The position numbers were made by a program, and so were the translations under genes. From positions 1 through 32,000 of the forward strand of contig NZ_JALJYC010000004.1 in the NCBI RefSeq assembly GCF_024170405.1: DNA of 32,000 nucleotides, given 5' to 3'. The first letter of the stretch is position 1; each line of letters starts with the position of its first letter. Source of the stretch: Neisseria perflava. Lineage in GTDB: Bacteria; Pseudomonadota; Gammaproteobacteria; Burkholderiales; Neisseriaceae. This document shows positions 23,599 through 31,201 of this stretch, in pieces. The notes beneath the pieces were generated by a model, which did not search any database, was not told where the DNA came from, and saw only the letters and a program-made list of their open reading frames with translations.

Positions 23599-25080
23599 TT
23601 ACTCTTTATCGGTGGTGCTTTCTTTTTTCGGCGCAGGTTTCTTCGCCGCCAAGCCTAAAGATTTCTGCCATTCGGCCGGATTTTTTACCAGCTCCAAGGC
23701 TTTGCGCAGTTGGTCGTCTTTGGCTGGATTCGGAATACGGCGGGACGAAAGGTCTTCGTCTTTATCCTTGCTGTTTTTACCGGACTTGGCTTTGTCGGCG
23801 GCCTTTTCCGCTGCGGGTGGCGCGTTGTCGGTGTCGATTTTCCCGTTAACGTCTTCGCCGCCCAGCGGGTTGCCGATATGACCAATCAGGTCAGCCTCGC
23901 GGCTTTCATACAGGCGGTCTTTGTCTTTCACTTCCACATCCGGCACAATGCCCTGCGCCTGAATCGAACGGTCGTTCGGCGTGTAATATAAAGCGGTGGT
24001 CAGTTTGACCGCGCTGCCGTTGGACAGCGGAATCACGGTTTGCACCGAGCCTTTGCCGAAGCTTTGCGTACCGACAATCACGGCGCGTTTGTGGTCTTGC
24101 AGCGCACCGGCCACAATTTCGGAAGCAGAAGCCGAGCCGGAGTTGACTAAAACGGTCAGCGGGACGGTTTTCAGCTCTGCGGGCAGACCGTCGAGAGGAT
24201 CTTTACCGGCCGCCATCATGTAATCTTCCGGCGTGGCTTTCAAAACCATACCGGCTTTGCCGTCGCGCCCTTTGGTGCTGACGACATTCGAGCCGCTCGG
24301 CAGGAAGGCGGCGGATACGCCGACGGCGCCGGTCAGCAGGCCGCCGGGATCGTCACGCAAATCCAAAATCACGCCTTTGAGCGGGCCTTTGTTTTGTTTT
24401 TCCAGCGCTTGCGCGGCTTCTTTCACGCTTTCCACGGTACGTTCTTGGAACTGGCTGACGCGGATGTAGCCGTAGCCCGGCTCGAGCAGGTGGGAACGCA
24501 CGCTTTTGACTTTGATGATGGCGCGGGTCAGGTTGACGATAATGGGTTTGTCGGCATTTTTGCGCGACAGGGTCAGGGTGATTTTGGTACCCGGTTTACC
24601 GCGCATTTTTTTCACGGCTTCGCTGACGGTCATACCGCGCGTGGCAACATTGTCGATTTTGACGATGAAGTCGCCGCTTTTCACGCCCGCACGGTCGGCC
24701 GGCGTATCTTCAATCGGCGAAATCACTTTGATAAAGCCGTCTTCCTGACCGATTTCCATGCCCAAACCGCCGAACTCGCCGCTGGTGGATTCTTTCAGCT
24801 CGGAATAGCCTTTTTTGTCCATGTATTCGGAATGCGGATCGAGGTCGGCCACCATGCCTTTCATGGCGCCTTCAAACAGCTCGGCATCGGATTTGTCTTG
24901 GTAGTAGTTGGCTTTGATTTGGCCGTACACTTCCGCCATGGTGCGGATGGACTGCACCGGCAGGGATTCTTTGCTGCTGTCTTTATCGGCGGCGAAACTT
25001 TGTACGCTCAAGCTGAGGGCAACTCCGCTGAACGCGCCCAAGGTGTAGAGTGCGACTTTTTTCAAAGTGGATTTTGACAT
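23599..25080 (-). CDS. ctpA: Carboxy-terminal processing (S41, tail-specific) peptidase
   Basis: Has a signal peptide, a PDZ block (GGLGMEIG...ISPIEDTPADRAGVKSGDFIVKID) and an S41 core (LDLRDDPGGLL, VLVNSGSASASEIVAGALQD, GTQSFGKGSVQ). 493 aa. Confidence 0.92.
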   Translation of the reverse strand: MSKSTLKKVALYTLGAFSGVALSLSVQSFAADKDSSKESLPVQSIRTMAEVYGQIKANYYQDKSDAELFEGAMKGMVADLDPHSEYMDKKGYSELKESTSGEFGGLGMEIGQEDGFIKVISPIEDTPADRAGVKSGDFIVKIDNVATRGMTVSEAVKKMRGKPGTKITLTLSRKNADKPIIVNLTRAIIKVKSVRSHLLEPGYGYIRVSQFQERTVESVKEAAQALEKQNKGPLKGVILDLRDDPGGLLTGAVGVSAAFLPSGSNVVSTKGRDGKAGMVLKATPEDYMMAAGKDPLDGLPAELKTVPLTVLVNSGSASASEIVAGALQDHKRAVIVGTQSFGKGSVQTVIPLSNGSAVKLTTALYYTPNDRSIQAQGIVPDVEVKDKDRLYESREADLIGHIGNPLGGEDVNGKIDTDNAPPAAEKAADKAKSGKNSKDKDEDLSSRRIPNPAKDDQLRKALELVKNPAEWQKSLGLAAKKPAPKKESTTDKE

Positions 25081-25115
25081 TGTGGCTGGCTTTCTCTCTT
25101 TATTTAAAAGCGTTT

Positions 25116-25155
25116 TTCAGACGGCCTTGCCTTATTGGGGGCAAGGCCGTCTGAA
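25116..25155. terminator. Long inverted DUS hairpin (TTCAGACGGCCTTGCC-ttattggg-GGCAAGGCCGTCTGAA) upstream of ctpA
   Basis: Has 16-nt arms and sits between the envC-like gene and ctpA on the same strand. Confidence 0.55.
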
Positions 25156-25228
25156 ACTTTATGCGATTCGGCGCGTGGAAACAACCGTTTCAAAGTAAAA
25201 AATTGCTAGGGTTGTGGTATCAGTGTGT

Positions 25229-25307
25229 AGGGTGGGCAACTTAGTTGCCCACTATTTCCAAAATAAAGTGGAGGAGAATATGCGGTGGGCAACAAGTTGC
25301 CCACCCT
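25229..25307. repeat. Pair of GTGGGCAAC/GTTGCCCAC palindromes, with outer 12-nt arms (AGGGTGGGCAAC ... GTTGCCCACCCT) also inverted
   Basis: Palindrome 1 is 25232-25252 (GTGGGCAAC-tta-GTTGCCCAC). Palindrome 2 is 25285-25304 (GTGGGCAAC-aa-GTTGCCCAC). Confidence 0.8.
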
Positions 25308-25344
25308 GCGTATCTAGGATATTCCCATTCCAATTCCAAGCGTA

Positions 25345-27117
25345 TCAGCTGATCCACGACAAGGGATTCATATTTTGGCCGTGGTAGCGGATTTCAAGAT
25401 ACAGGCCTTCGCCCGCATCGGGCAATGAGCCGCTGACGCCGATTTTGTGACCCTGTCCGACATTATAGCCTTTGGCAACAGTGATTTCGCTCAGGCCGGA
25501 ATACACGCTGACATAGTCGTCGCCATGATCGACCACCACCACATTGCCGTAGCCTTCCAAGCTGCCGGCATAGACTACTGTACCGGCGGCAATGCTACTG
25601 ACCGCCGTTGGCGCGGTTTGGTAAAACACGCCTTTCCAGACATCGCCGCCACTGCGCGGTTGACCGAACAAACCGGAGAGCAAGCCGTTAACCGGTTTTT
25701 TCAGACGGCCTTGCATGCGGCTGAAACTGTTGGGGCTGCTGATGGCAACATAATTAGCCGAAGTCGGCGCTTGCAGTTTCATGTCGTCTTCGGTCAGATT
25801 GGACATGGCGGCGCGTTCTTCTGCCGCTTTTTGCTCGGCGGCTTTGGCTTTACGCGCTTTTTCGGCTGCAGCCAAACGCGCTTCGGCGGCTTTTTTGCGC
25901 TGCTCGGCTTCTTTTTTACGTTGCTCGGCTTTTTGTTTGTCGAGGTCGCTTAAAAGATTGTTCAGGCGTTGCTCGTCGTCTTTACGCTTGCCGGCTTGTT
26001 TGGCTTCTTTTGCCATTTGCGCGTTTTGACGGCGGCTTTCCGCTTGTTCGGCAGAATTGTTGACGCCTTGTTTTTTTAAGGCCGCTTGCGCGTTGCTTTG
26101 CAGTTTTTTCAGATAACCCAGTTCGGCATTGATTTTGCGCTCTTGCGCCGCAAGCTGATTTTGCTGCTTGCCTAAGTCTTTGACCACTTGCTCATTGGCC
26201 GCGTTGATGTAGCGGGTATAGCGCAGGAAACGGGTTTTCTGGCCGGGCTCGGCATTTTTCAAAAACAGCGCCACGGCGTTGGGCTGGCTGTTTTTATAAT
26301 TGCCTGATACAAAGCGGGAAATTTGCGCACGGGTATTGGAAACTTCGGCTTTCAGACGGCTTAAGTCGGTATCCAATTTTTGCAGCTTCGCCCATGCGTC
26401 GCGCTGCTGGCGGTTGATGTTTGCCAAGCTCAGGCGGGTTTGCTGCAATTCTTTCAGATTGGCGTTGACGCGCACCAAAAAGCCTTCGGTGCGTTTGTTT
26501 AACGCCTTTTTCTCTTCCAAATCGTTGGTAGCGGCGCTGACGGCGGCACGCAGTTCGTCTGAATCCGAACTAGCAGCGGCAGATTTTTTTGCAACGGATT
26601 TTTTCTCCTTCGCCTCATCGCCATCTTTGGTCTTGCTCTTGGCGCGGCTGTTTTTTACCGTTTGCTTTTTGTTGTCGTCATCAGCGACTTTGTCAGCAGC
26701 TTTGGCTTTGCTTTTCCCGGCTTTCGTTTCTGACTTGGTTTCTGCGGTTTTGTTCGCTTTAGGCGCCGCTGCATTTTTTTTGCTTTTGCCGGTTTTGCTG
26801 TCGTTCTGTTCTTCGGTGGCAGCTTTGGCTTTAGTGTTTTTATCTTTCAGCGACGTTTTATCTTTATTACTGCTTTTGCTTTCTTTGCTACTCTTGGCGC
26901 TTTTCTTTGTGTCGTCTTGGCCGTCTGAATCTTTTTTACTGCTTTTGGCTGTCGCTGCTTTTTTACTGCTTTCTTTCGGCGCAGCTTCCGCAGCGGCTTT
27001 TTTGGTTTTCACCGTTTTTTTAGCCGCAGCCGCCTTTTCTTTCGGCGTATCGTTGGCTGCGAAAGACGGTACGGAAAAACACAGCATCAGGGCGAGTAAG
27101 AGGGGTTTGTAACGCAT
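25345..27117 (-). CDS. envC: EnvC-like murein hydrolase activator (coiled coil + degenerate LytM/M23 domain) with a long Lys/Ala/Ser-rich N-terminal extension
   Basis: Has the signal peptide MRYKPLLLALMLCFSVPSFA. The central coiled coil includes LQQTRLSL...LKAEV...INAELGYLKKLQ. The C-terminal LytM shows VVVDHGDDYVSVYSGL and LYLEIRYHGQNMNP; the usual catalytic His positions (AH, HFE) are replaced, as in activator-type EnvC. It lies upstream of ctpA, as in many proteobacteria. Confidence 0.8.
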   Translation of the reverse strand: MRYKPLLLALMLCFSVPSFAANDTPKEKAAAAKKTVKTKKAAAEAAPKESSKKAATAKSSKKDSDGQDDTKKSAKSSKESKSSNKDKTSLKDKNTKAKAATEEQNDSKTGKSKKNAAAPKANKTAETKSETKAGKSKAKAADKVADDDNKKQTVKNSRAKSKTKDGDEAKEKKSVAKKSAAASSDSDELRAAVSAATNDLEEKKALNKRTEGFLVRVNANLKELQQTRLSLANINRQQRDAWAKLQKLDTDLSRLKAEVSNTRAQISRFVSGNYKNSQPNAVALFLKNAEPGQKTRFLRYTRYINAANEQVVKDLGKQQNQLAAQERKINAELGYLKKLQSNAQAALKKQGVNNSAEQAESRRQNAQMAKEAKQAGKRKDDEQRLNNLLSDLDKQKAEQRKKEAEQRKKAAEARLAAAEKARKAKAAEQKAAEERAAMSNLTEDDMKLQAPTSANYVAISSPNSFSRMQGRLKKPVNGLLSGLFGQPRSGGDVWKGVFYQTAPTAVSSIAAGTVVYAGSLEGYGNVVVVDHGDDYVSVYSGLSEITVAKGYNVGQGHKIGVSGSLPDAGEGLYLEIRYHGQNMNPLSWIS

Positions 27118-27268
27118 GGCAGGGTCTTGAAATAGAAAAAAGGCAACAAGGCGTGATTATACCTGTTTGTCAGGCCGTCTGAAAACGATATTCGCAATGC
27201 TTGCAATTTGGGCAGACAGGCTTTATATATAAAGGCACTCATCTTCTTTTTTCCAACAGGATTCCATC

Positions 27269-27817
27269 ATGCAAAAAATCTGGGCAGTCGCAGCGGCGGC
27301 TTTGTTATTGGCAGCGTGCGGCGGTAATGAAGCCGACAAAATCGGCCGCGCCAGCACCGTATTCCATATGCTCGGTAAAAACGACCGTATCGAAGTCGAA
27401 GGCTTCGATGATCCGGATATGCAGGGCGTATCCTGCTATATTTCCTACGCCAAAAAAGGCGGTTTGAAAGAAACCGTAAATTTGGAAGAAGATGCCAGCG
27501 ACGCTTCCGTGTCCTGTGTTCAGACGGCCAATATTATCCGCTATAACGAAGCAGCCGTTACCAAACCGAGAGAAGTGTTCAAACGCAGCGCCAGCGTCGC
27601 GTTTAAGAGCCAGCAGATTATCCGCTACTACGACCCGAAACGTAAGGCATTTGCCTACTTGGTGTATAGCGACAAAATTGTTCAGGGTTCGCCGAAAAAT
27701 TCTTTAAGCGCCATCTCTTGTTTCAACGGCACCAGTGCTGACAGCAAAGAAGCGGCCAGCCTGCCCAACAGCCAAATCCACGGCTCATGCATTATTGAAA
27801 CCACTCCAGCAAAATAA
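27269..27817 (+). CDS. creA: CreA-family lipoprotein
   Basis: Has the lipobox LLLAAC|GG. The block [41 protein letters not shown] matches the conserved CreA core (...FDDPDV..V.CY.S.AK.GG). Confidence 0.85.
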   Translation: MQKIWAVAAAALLLAACGGNEADKIGRASTVFHMLGKNDRIEVEGFDDPDMQGVSCYISYAKKGGLKETVNLEEDASDASVSCVQTANIIRYNEAAVTKPREVFKRSASVAFKSQQIIRYYDPKRKAFAYLVYSDKIVQGSPKNSLSAISCFNGTSADSKEAASLPNSQIHGSCIIETTPAK

Positions 27818-27825
27818 GCAGATCT

Positions 27826-28368
27826 ATGAATCTTACCAACCATTTCCTGATTGCCATGCCTGATATGGACGATCCGTTTTTTACCGACAGCGTTGTGTAT
27901 ATATGCGAACACAACGATGACGGCGCTTTAGGCATTGTCATCAACAAACCCTCCCCGATTACCATGGACATGATTTTTGCCGCCTCCGGCCGCAATATCC
28001 CGCAGCGCATGCAGCATGACAGTGTAATGATGGGCGGGCCGGTACAGATTGACCGGGGATACGTGTTGCACACGCCTATCGGCGATTGGCAGAACAGCAT
28101 GATTGTCACCGACGACATTGCCCTGACCTCATCCCGAGATGTGATTGAAAATATTACCGAAAACGTAGATAAGGCATTGGTCAGTATCGGCTATTCCAGC
28201 TGGCGCAAAGGCCAGTTAGAGCGCGAGTTGGCCAACAACGGCTGGCTGACCGTTCCTGCCGACGAGCATATTTTGTTTGATGTTCCTTACGAACACCGTT
28301 ATGCCGCCGCCTTTGCTAAACTGGGTTTCAGCCCCAGCGCACTGGCCGCAGGAGCCGGACATGCTTAA
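27826..28368 (+). CDS. yqgE: YqgE/AlgH-family protein (UPF0301)
   Basis: Contains [38 protein letters not shown] and GGPV...RGYVLH. 180 aa. Confidence 0.93.
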   Translation: MNLTNHFLIAMPDMDDPFFTDSVVYICEHNDDGALGIVINKPSPITMDMIFAASGRNIPQRMQHDSVMMGGPVQIDRGYVLHTPIGDWQNSMIVTDDIALTSSRDVIENITENVDKALVSIGYSSWRKGQLERELANNGWLTVPADEHILFDVPYEHRYAAAFAKLGFSPSALAAGAGHA

Positions 28369-28834
28369 AGCAGTACGCGGCACTACCCTTGCTTTTGATT
28401 TCGGCGAAACCCGTATCGGCGTCGCGCAAGGCGATGCCGAACTTGGCATTGCACACCCCTTGGCAACAGTAACCGGCAACAGTAACGAAGCCAAATTCGA
28501 AGCCATCGCCAAATTGGTAAAAGAATGGCAGCCCGCGCAATTTGTGGTCGGGCTGCCCACGCATACCGACGGTACGGAGCACGAATTAACCCGCCTCAGC
28601 CGCAAATTCGGCCGCCGCTTGAACGGACGCTTTAATCTGCCCGTATATTGGGTGGACGAGCGCCTATCATCTTTATACGCCGAAAGCCTGCTGGCCGAAG
28701 CGCAGGTATTCGGCCGCAAGCAAAAAGCCGTACTTGATCAGGTAGCGGCGCAGGCGATTTTGCAGGGATTTTTTGAAGGCGGTGCAGCGGAATATTTCAA
28801 TGGACGGGAAAATGGTGAAAACAATGAGACTTGA
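28361..28834 (+). CDS. ruvX: Putative pre-16S rRNA nuclease / Holliday junction resolvase-like RuvX (YqgF)
   Basis: Contains [28 protein letters not shown] and DERLSS...[10 protein letters not shown]. Its start overlaps the yqgE stop by 8 nt. Confidence 0.93.
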   Translation: MLKAVRGTTLAFDFGETRIGVAQGDAELGIAHPLATVTGNSNEAKFEAIAKLVKEWQPAQFVVGLPTHTDGTEHELTRLSRKFGRRLNGRFNLPVYWVDERLSSLYAESLLAEAQVFGRKQKAVLDQVAAQAILQGFFEGGAAEYFNGRENGENNET

Positions 28835-28867
28835 TTTAACCTGACCCCATTCCATTGCTAATAAAAA

Positions 28868-28898
28868 AGCGCAAATCCATTTGGCTTGGATTTGCGCT
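28868..28898. terminator. Bidirectional rho-independent terminator shared by ruvX (+) and ssrA (-)
   Basis: The sequence is AGCGCAAATCCA-tttggct-TGGATTTGCGCT, flanked by an A-run upstream and a T-rich run downstream. Confidence 0.8.
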
Positions 28899-28909
28899 TC
28901 TGTTTATTT

Positions 28910-29271
28910 TGGTGGAGGCGGGGGGAATTGAACCCCCGTCCGAAAGTCCTCTACAAAGCGTTCTACATACTTAGTCTTGCCTACTTGAAATCTTATTCCC
29001 CTTGCGCCGACAGACAGGCTCTTGGGAAACCAGTTACCTTAAATCTTATCCCCTGCCAAGTAACCCGACAGAGAACCAGTCAATGTAAAATGACGTTGCG
29101 GTAGTCTAAGCTACACAGCCCATTGACCAACTGTTGCAACGGCAGGCCTTAAGCGGCCAGTGCGTAAGTTTCGTCGTTTGCGACTATTTAGATTCAGTGT
29201 TTTACGGGAATCTGAGACCCCGGTATGCCCGCATCTGCTTCGCAACCCCCGTCGAAACCAAGATCGCCCCC
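28910..29271 (-). ncRNA. ssrA: tmRNA (SsrA), tag peptide ANDETYALAA
   Basis: The minus strand 5' end is GGGGGCGATCTTGGTTTCGACGGGGGTTGCGAAGCAGATGCGGGC. The 3' end is GGACGGGGGTTCAATTCCCCCCGCCTCCACCA. The tag reading frame GCAAACGACGAAACTTACGCACTGGCCGCTTAA lies at 29181-29149. Length is 362 nt. Confidence 0.96.
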
Positions 29272-29286
29272 TGATAGGAATAGGCG

Positions 29287-29315
29287 ATTATACGCGGATT
29301 ATGCTTTTTTGCCAA
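29287..29315 (-). promoter_or_regulatory. Sigma70-type promoter of ssrA (TTGGCA-17 nt-TATAAT)
   Basis: On the minus strand the -35 TTGGCA is at 29315-29310 and the -10 TATAAT is at 29292-29287. The spacing is exactly 17 nt, and the -10 hexamer ends 15 nt upstream of the mature 5' end. Confidence 0.7.
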
Positions 29316-29490
29316 CGCCATCGCAGGCCGTCTGAAAAAACGGCTGTATGGCAAAAGAGAAAACCTTTAAACTGTCGCCTTGGTGCTAGGGTCTGTTGGC
29401 ATTTCATCACACGGTATCTTTTCGGCGAAAATCTGCTTCGCGGATGGAATGTCAACAAACCCTACGATACCAAACAAGCAGAATAAATTG

Positions 29491-29526
29491 TTTCAGACGG
29501 CCTTGGGTATAACAGGCCGTCTGAAA
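29491..29526. repeat. Inverted DUS pair hairpin upstream of the DUF1841 gene
   Basis: The sequence is TTTCAGACGGCC-ttgggtataaca-GGCCGTCTGAAA. Confidence 0.7.
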
Positions 29527-29558
29527 ATGTAAAGCATAAAATACAGGATACACACCAC

Positions 29559-30062
29559 ATGTATGACGTAAACACCCACGATGTGCGCCGTTTTTTTGCC
29601 CATGTCTGGCAGCAGCGGCTGCTGCCCTTGCAGCTGGACGGTTTGCAGCAGAAAGCCTTGCGCATTATCGAGGCGCATCCCGAATATGCGCATTATTTGG
29701 ACGATATTGAAAATTATCTGGATAAAAACTGGCTGCCGGAAAACGGCGAGAGCAATCCGTTTTTGCATATGTCGCTGCATTTGTCTTTGCAGGAACAGGC
29801 GGCGATTGACCAGCCGCCGGGCATACGGGCGATTCACAACCAACTGTGCGCCCGTTACAACGATGATTGGGTGCGCGCGGAACACGAGATGATGGACGCT
29901 CTGGCAGAAACACTATGGGAAGCGCAGCGTTACGGACGCGGTTTGGATGTGAACGCTTATATGACGCGCCTGCGCAAGCTGGTGGGTTTGGGGCAGGAAG
30001 ATGAGGAGCGGATTAACCCGCACGAAGTGGGTCTGTCGGATAAGATTAGCGAACGAAAATAA
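29559..30062 (+). CDS. DUF1841-family protein
   Basis: 167 aa. Contains RRFFAHVWQQ, IIEAHPEYAHYL, LPENGESNPFLHMSLHLSLQEQ and DQPPGIRA, a pattern typical of DUF1841 as I recall it. Confidence 0.75.
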   Translation: MYDVNTHDVRRFFAHVWQQRLLPLQLDGLQQKALRIIEAHPEYAHYLDDIENYLDKNWLPENGESNPFLHMSLHLSLQEQAAIDQPPGIRAIHNQLCARYNDDWVRAEHEMMDALAETLWEAQRYGRGLDVNAYMTRLRKLVGLGQEDEERINPHEVGLSDKISERK

Positions 30063-30065
30063 ACC

Positions 30066-30099
30066 ATGCCGTCTGAAAATATCGGGTTTCAGACGGCAT
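30066..30099. terminator. Inverted DUS pair hairpin between convergent DUF1841 gene and radC
   Basis: The sequence is ATGCCGTCTGAAA-(loop)-TTTCAGACGGCAT. Confidence 0.65.
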
Positions 30100-30103
30100 T
30101 TGC

Positions 30104-30781
30104 TTATTCCATCCACCCGCCTGCCCTCAGAGAACATGTCTCCTGCGCGGTAACGATGAAGTGGTCGAGCAAATCAATCTCCACTAAATCCAAAGCCTGC
30201 TGCAAACGGCGGGTAAACGCAATATCTTCTTCAGACGGCCTGGCCGAACCGCCGGGATGGTTGTGGGCAAAAATTACTGCTCCTGCGTATTCATCCAAGG
30301 CCAGCTTGACGATTTCGCGGATATACACAGTATTTTCCGCTACCGTACCGCGCGAGAGTTCGCGCATGCTAATCAGCTGGTTTTGCCGGTTGAGCAGCAA
30401 GGCGGCGCTGATTTCGACTTTTTCATGCCCCAAATGCAGGCGCAGGTAATCGGCGACGGTATGCGGGCGGCTGAACACTATATTCTGCTGCAATTCTTCG
30501 CCCAATATGCGCCGCCCGATTTCTTTTACCACGGCAAATTGGGTGTAGCTGGCCGTACCCATACCCTTATAGGCCGACAATGCTTTAACCTCCGCGCTCA
30601 TCAGTTTGCCGAGGCTGCCGAATTCGTTTAACAGATAACGCGCCAAGTCCACCGCGCTCATGCCGCGCGTTCCCACCCTCAATAAAATTGCCAAGAGCTC
30701 GGCATCGCTAAGCGCACTTGCGCCGCGTTGCAGCAGCTTTTCGCGCGGCCTCTCTCCTTGCGGCCATTGCTTAATACTCAT
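30104..30781 (-). CDS. radC: RadC-family JAB/MPN-domain protein (UPF0758, YicR)
   Basis: Starts MSIKQWPQGERPREKLLQRGASALSDAELLAILLRVGTRGMSAVDLA (HhH region). The JAMM motif is AGAVIFAHNHPGGSARPSEEDIAFTRRL. The ORF-track 100-aa N-terminal extension (30782-31081) is not coding-like. Confidence 0.9.
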   Translation of the reverse strand: MSIKQWPQGERPREKLLQRGASALSDAELLAILLRVGTRGMSAVDLARYLLNEFGSLGKLMSAEVKALSAYKGMGTASYTQFAVVKEIGRRILGEELQQNIVFSRPHTVADYLRLHLGHEKVEISAALLLNRQNQLISMRELSRGTVAENTVYIREIVKLALDEYAGAVIFAHNHPGGSARPSEEDIAFTRRLQQALDLVEIDLLDHFIVTAQETCSLRAGGWME

Positions 30782-31201
30782 GTCTCGACTTAATATTTTC
30801 TCCGTAATGATTACGAATTTAGCGTATTTGGAATAAATGTCAAACGAAAAATGCCGTTTACATGCCAGCGGGTATAAAGCGTTGTATCGGCAGAACACTA
30901 TCCGGCAAATCCGGCGGTAACCTAAATTTAATATTGCCCCTGCCCCAGGTAGGCTAATATAATGGCAAGTTCGCTTGGAAACTTTATCCACCGTTGAAAA
31001 TGACACGGCGGATTTGCCTGACTGCCTCCAGCTGCGTAGAAATGGCCGTTTCCCGCCCCGTGCTGCCCGTGCGCTTTTCAAGGCTTTTTTCAGACGCCTC
31101 TATGCCGTCTGAAACGCCCCGCCAGCAATCAAACAGCTTGTTATCACCCATCGAAAATCCGTTTTGCCGGTACTCGTCTTTTACTTTGGAGTATTGCCAT
31201 T

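Noticed and set aside
26774-26781. A T8 tract (A8 in the coding sense) in the envC-like gene, considered as a phase-variable tract
   Set aside because: It lies in a Lys-rich low-complexity region where AAA codons are expected, the gene is intact, and envC-type genes are not known contingency loci. It is noted only as a possible source of length variation.
26300-27112. A 270-aa plus-strand ORF rich in L/S/A/F
   Set aside because: It is the mirror image of the Lys/Ala/Ser-rich region of the envC-like gene. The minus strand has a signal peptide, a coiled coil and a LytM domain.
28835-28909. A possible genomic island or integrase at the 3' end of ssrA, a classic integration hotspot
   Set aside because: The tmRNA 3' end is separated from the ruvX stop by only 75 nt, and that space is occupied by a shared terminator. 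There is no integrase, direct repeat of the ssrA 3' end or foreign DNA.
28886-29486. Plus-strand ORFs of 72 aa (28886-29104) and 108 aa (29160-29486)
   Set aside because: They overlap the tmRNA gene on the opposite strand. The tmRNA identity is unambiguous: 5' and 3' acceptor ends, T-arm, and the ANDETYALAA tag frame.
29338-29490. A 150-nt DUS-bounded spacer between the ssrA promoter and the DUF1841 gene, examined for a small ORF or sRNA
   Set aside because: It contains only a weak 38-codon minus-strand ORF with no SD that runs into the ssrA promoter. I could support no stable stem-terminator combination or recognisable RNA motif.
30830-31201. The long radC/potA intergenic region, with a partial inverted repeat (GGCAAATCCGGCGG at 30903-30916 versus CGGCGGATTTGCC at 31006-31018) and a degenerate DUS hairpin (31089-31113), considered as a riboswitch or sRNA
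   Set aside because: The arms are about 90 nt apart, with no recognisable riboswitch core. The small ORFs here (for example 27 aa from 30838) lack an SD and any conservation cues. There is insufficient evidence from sequence alone.
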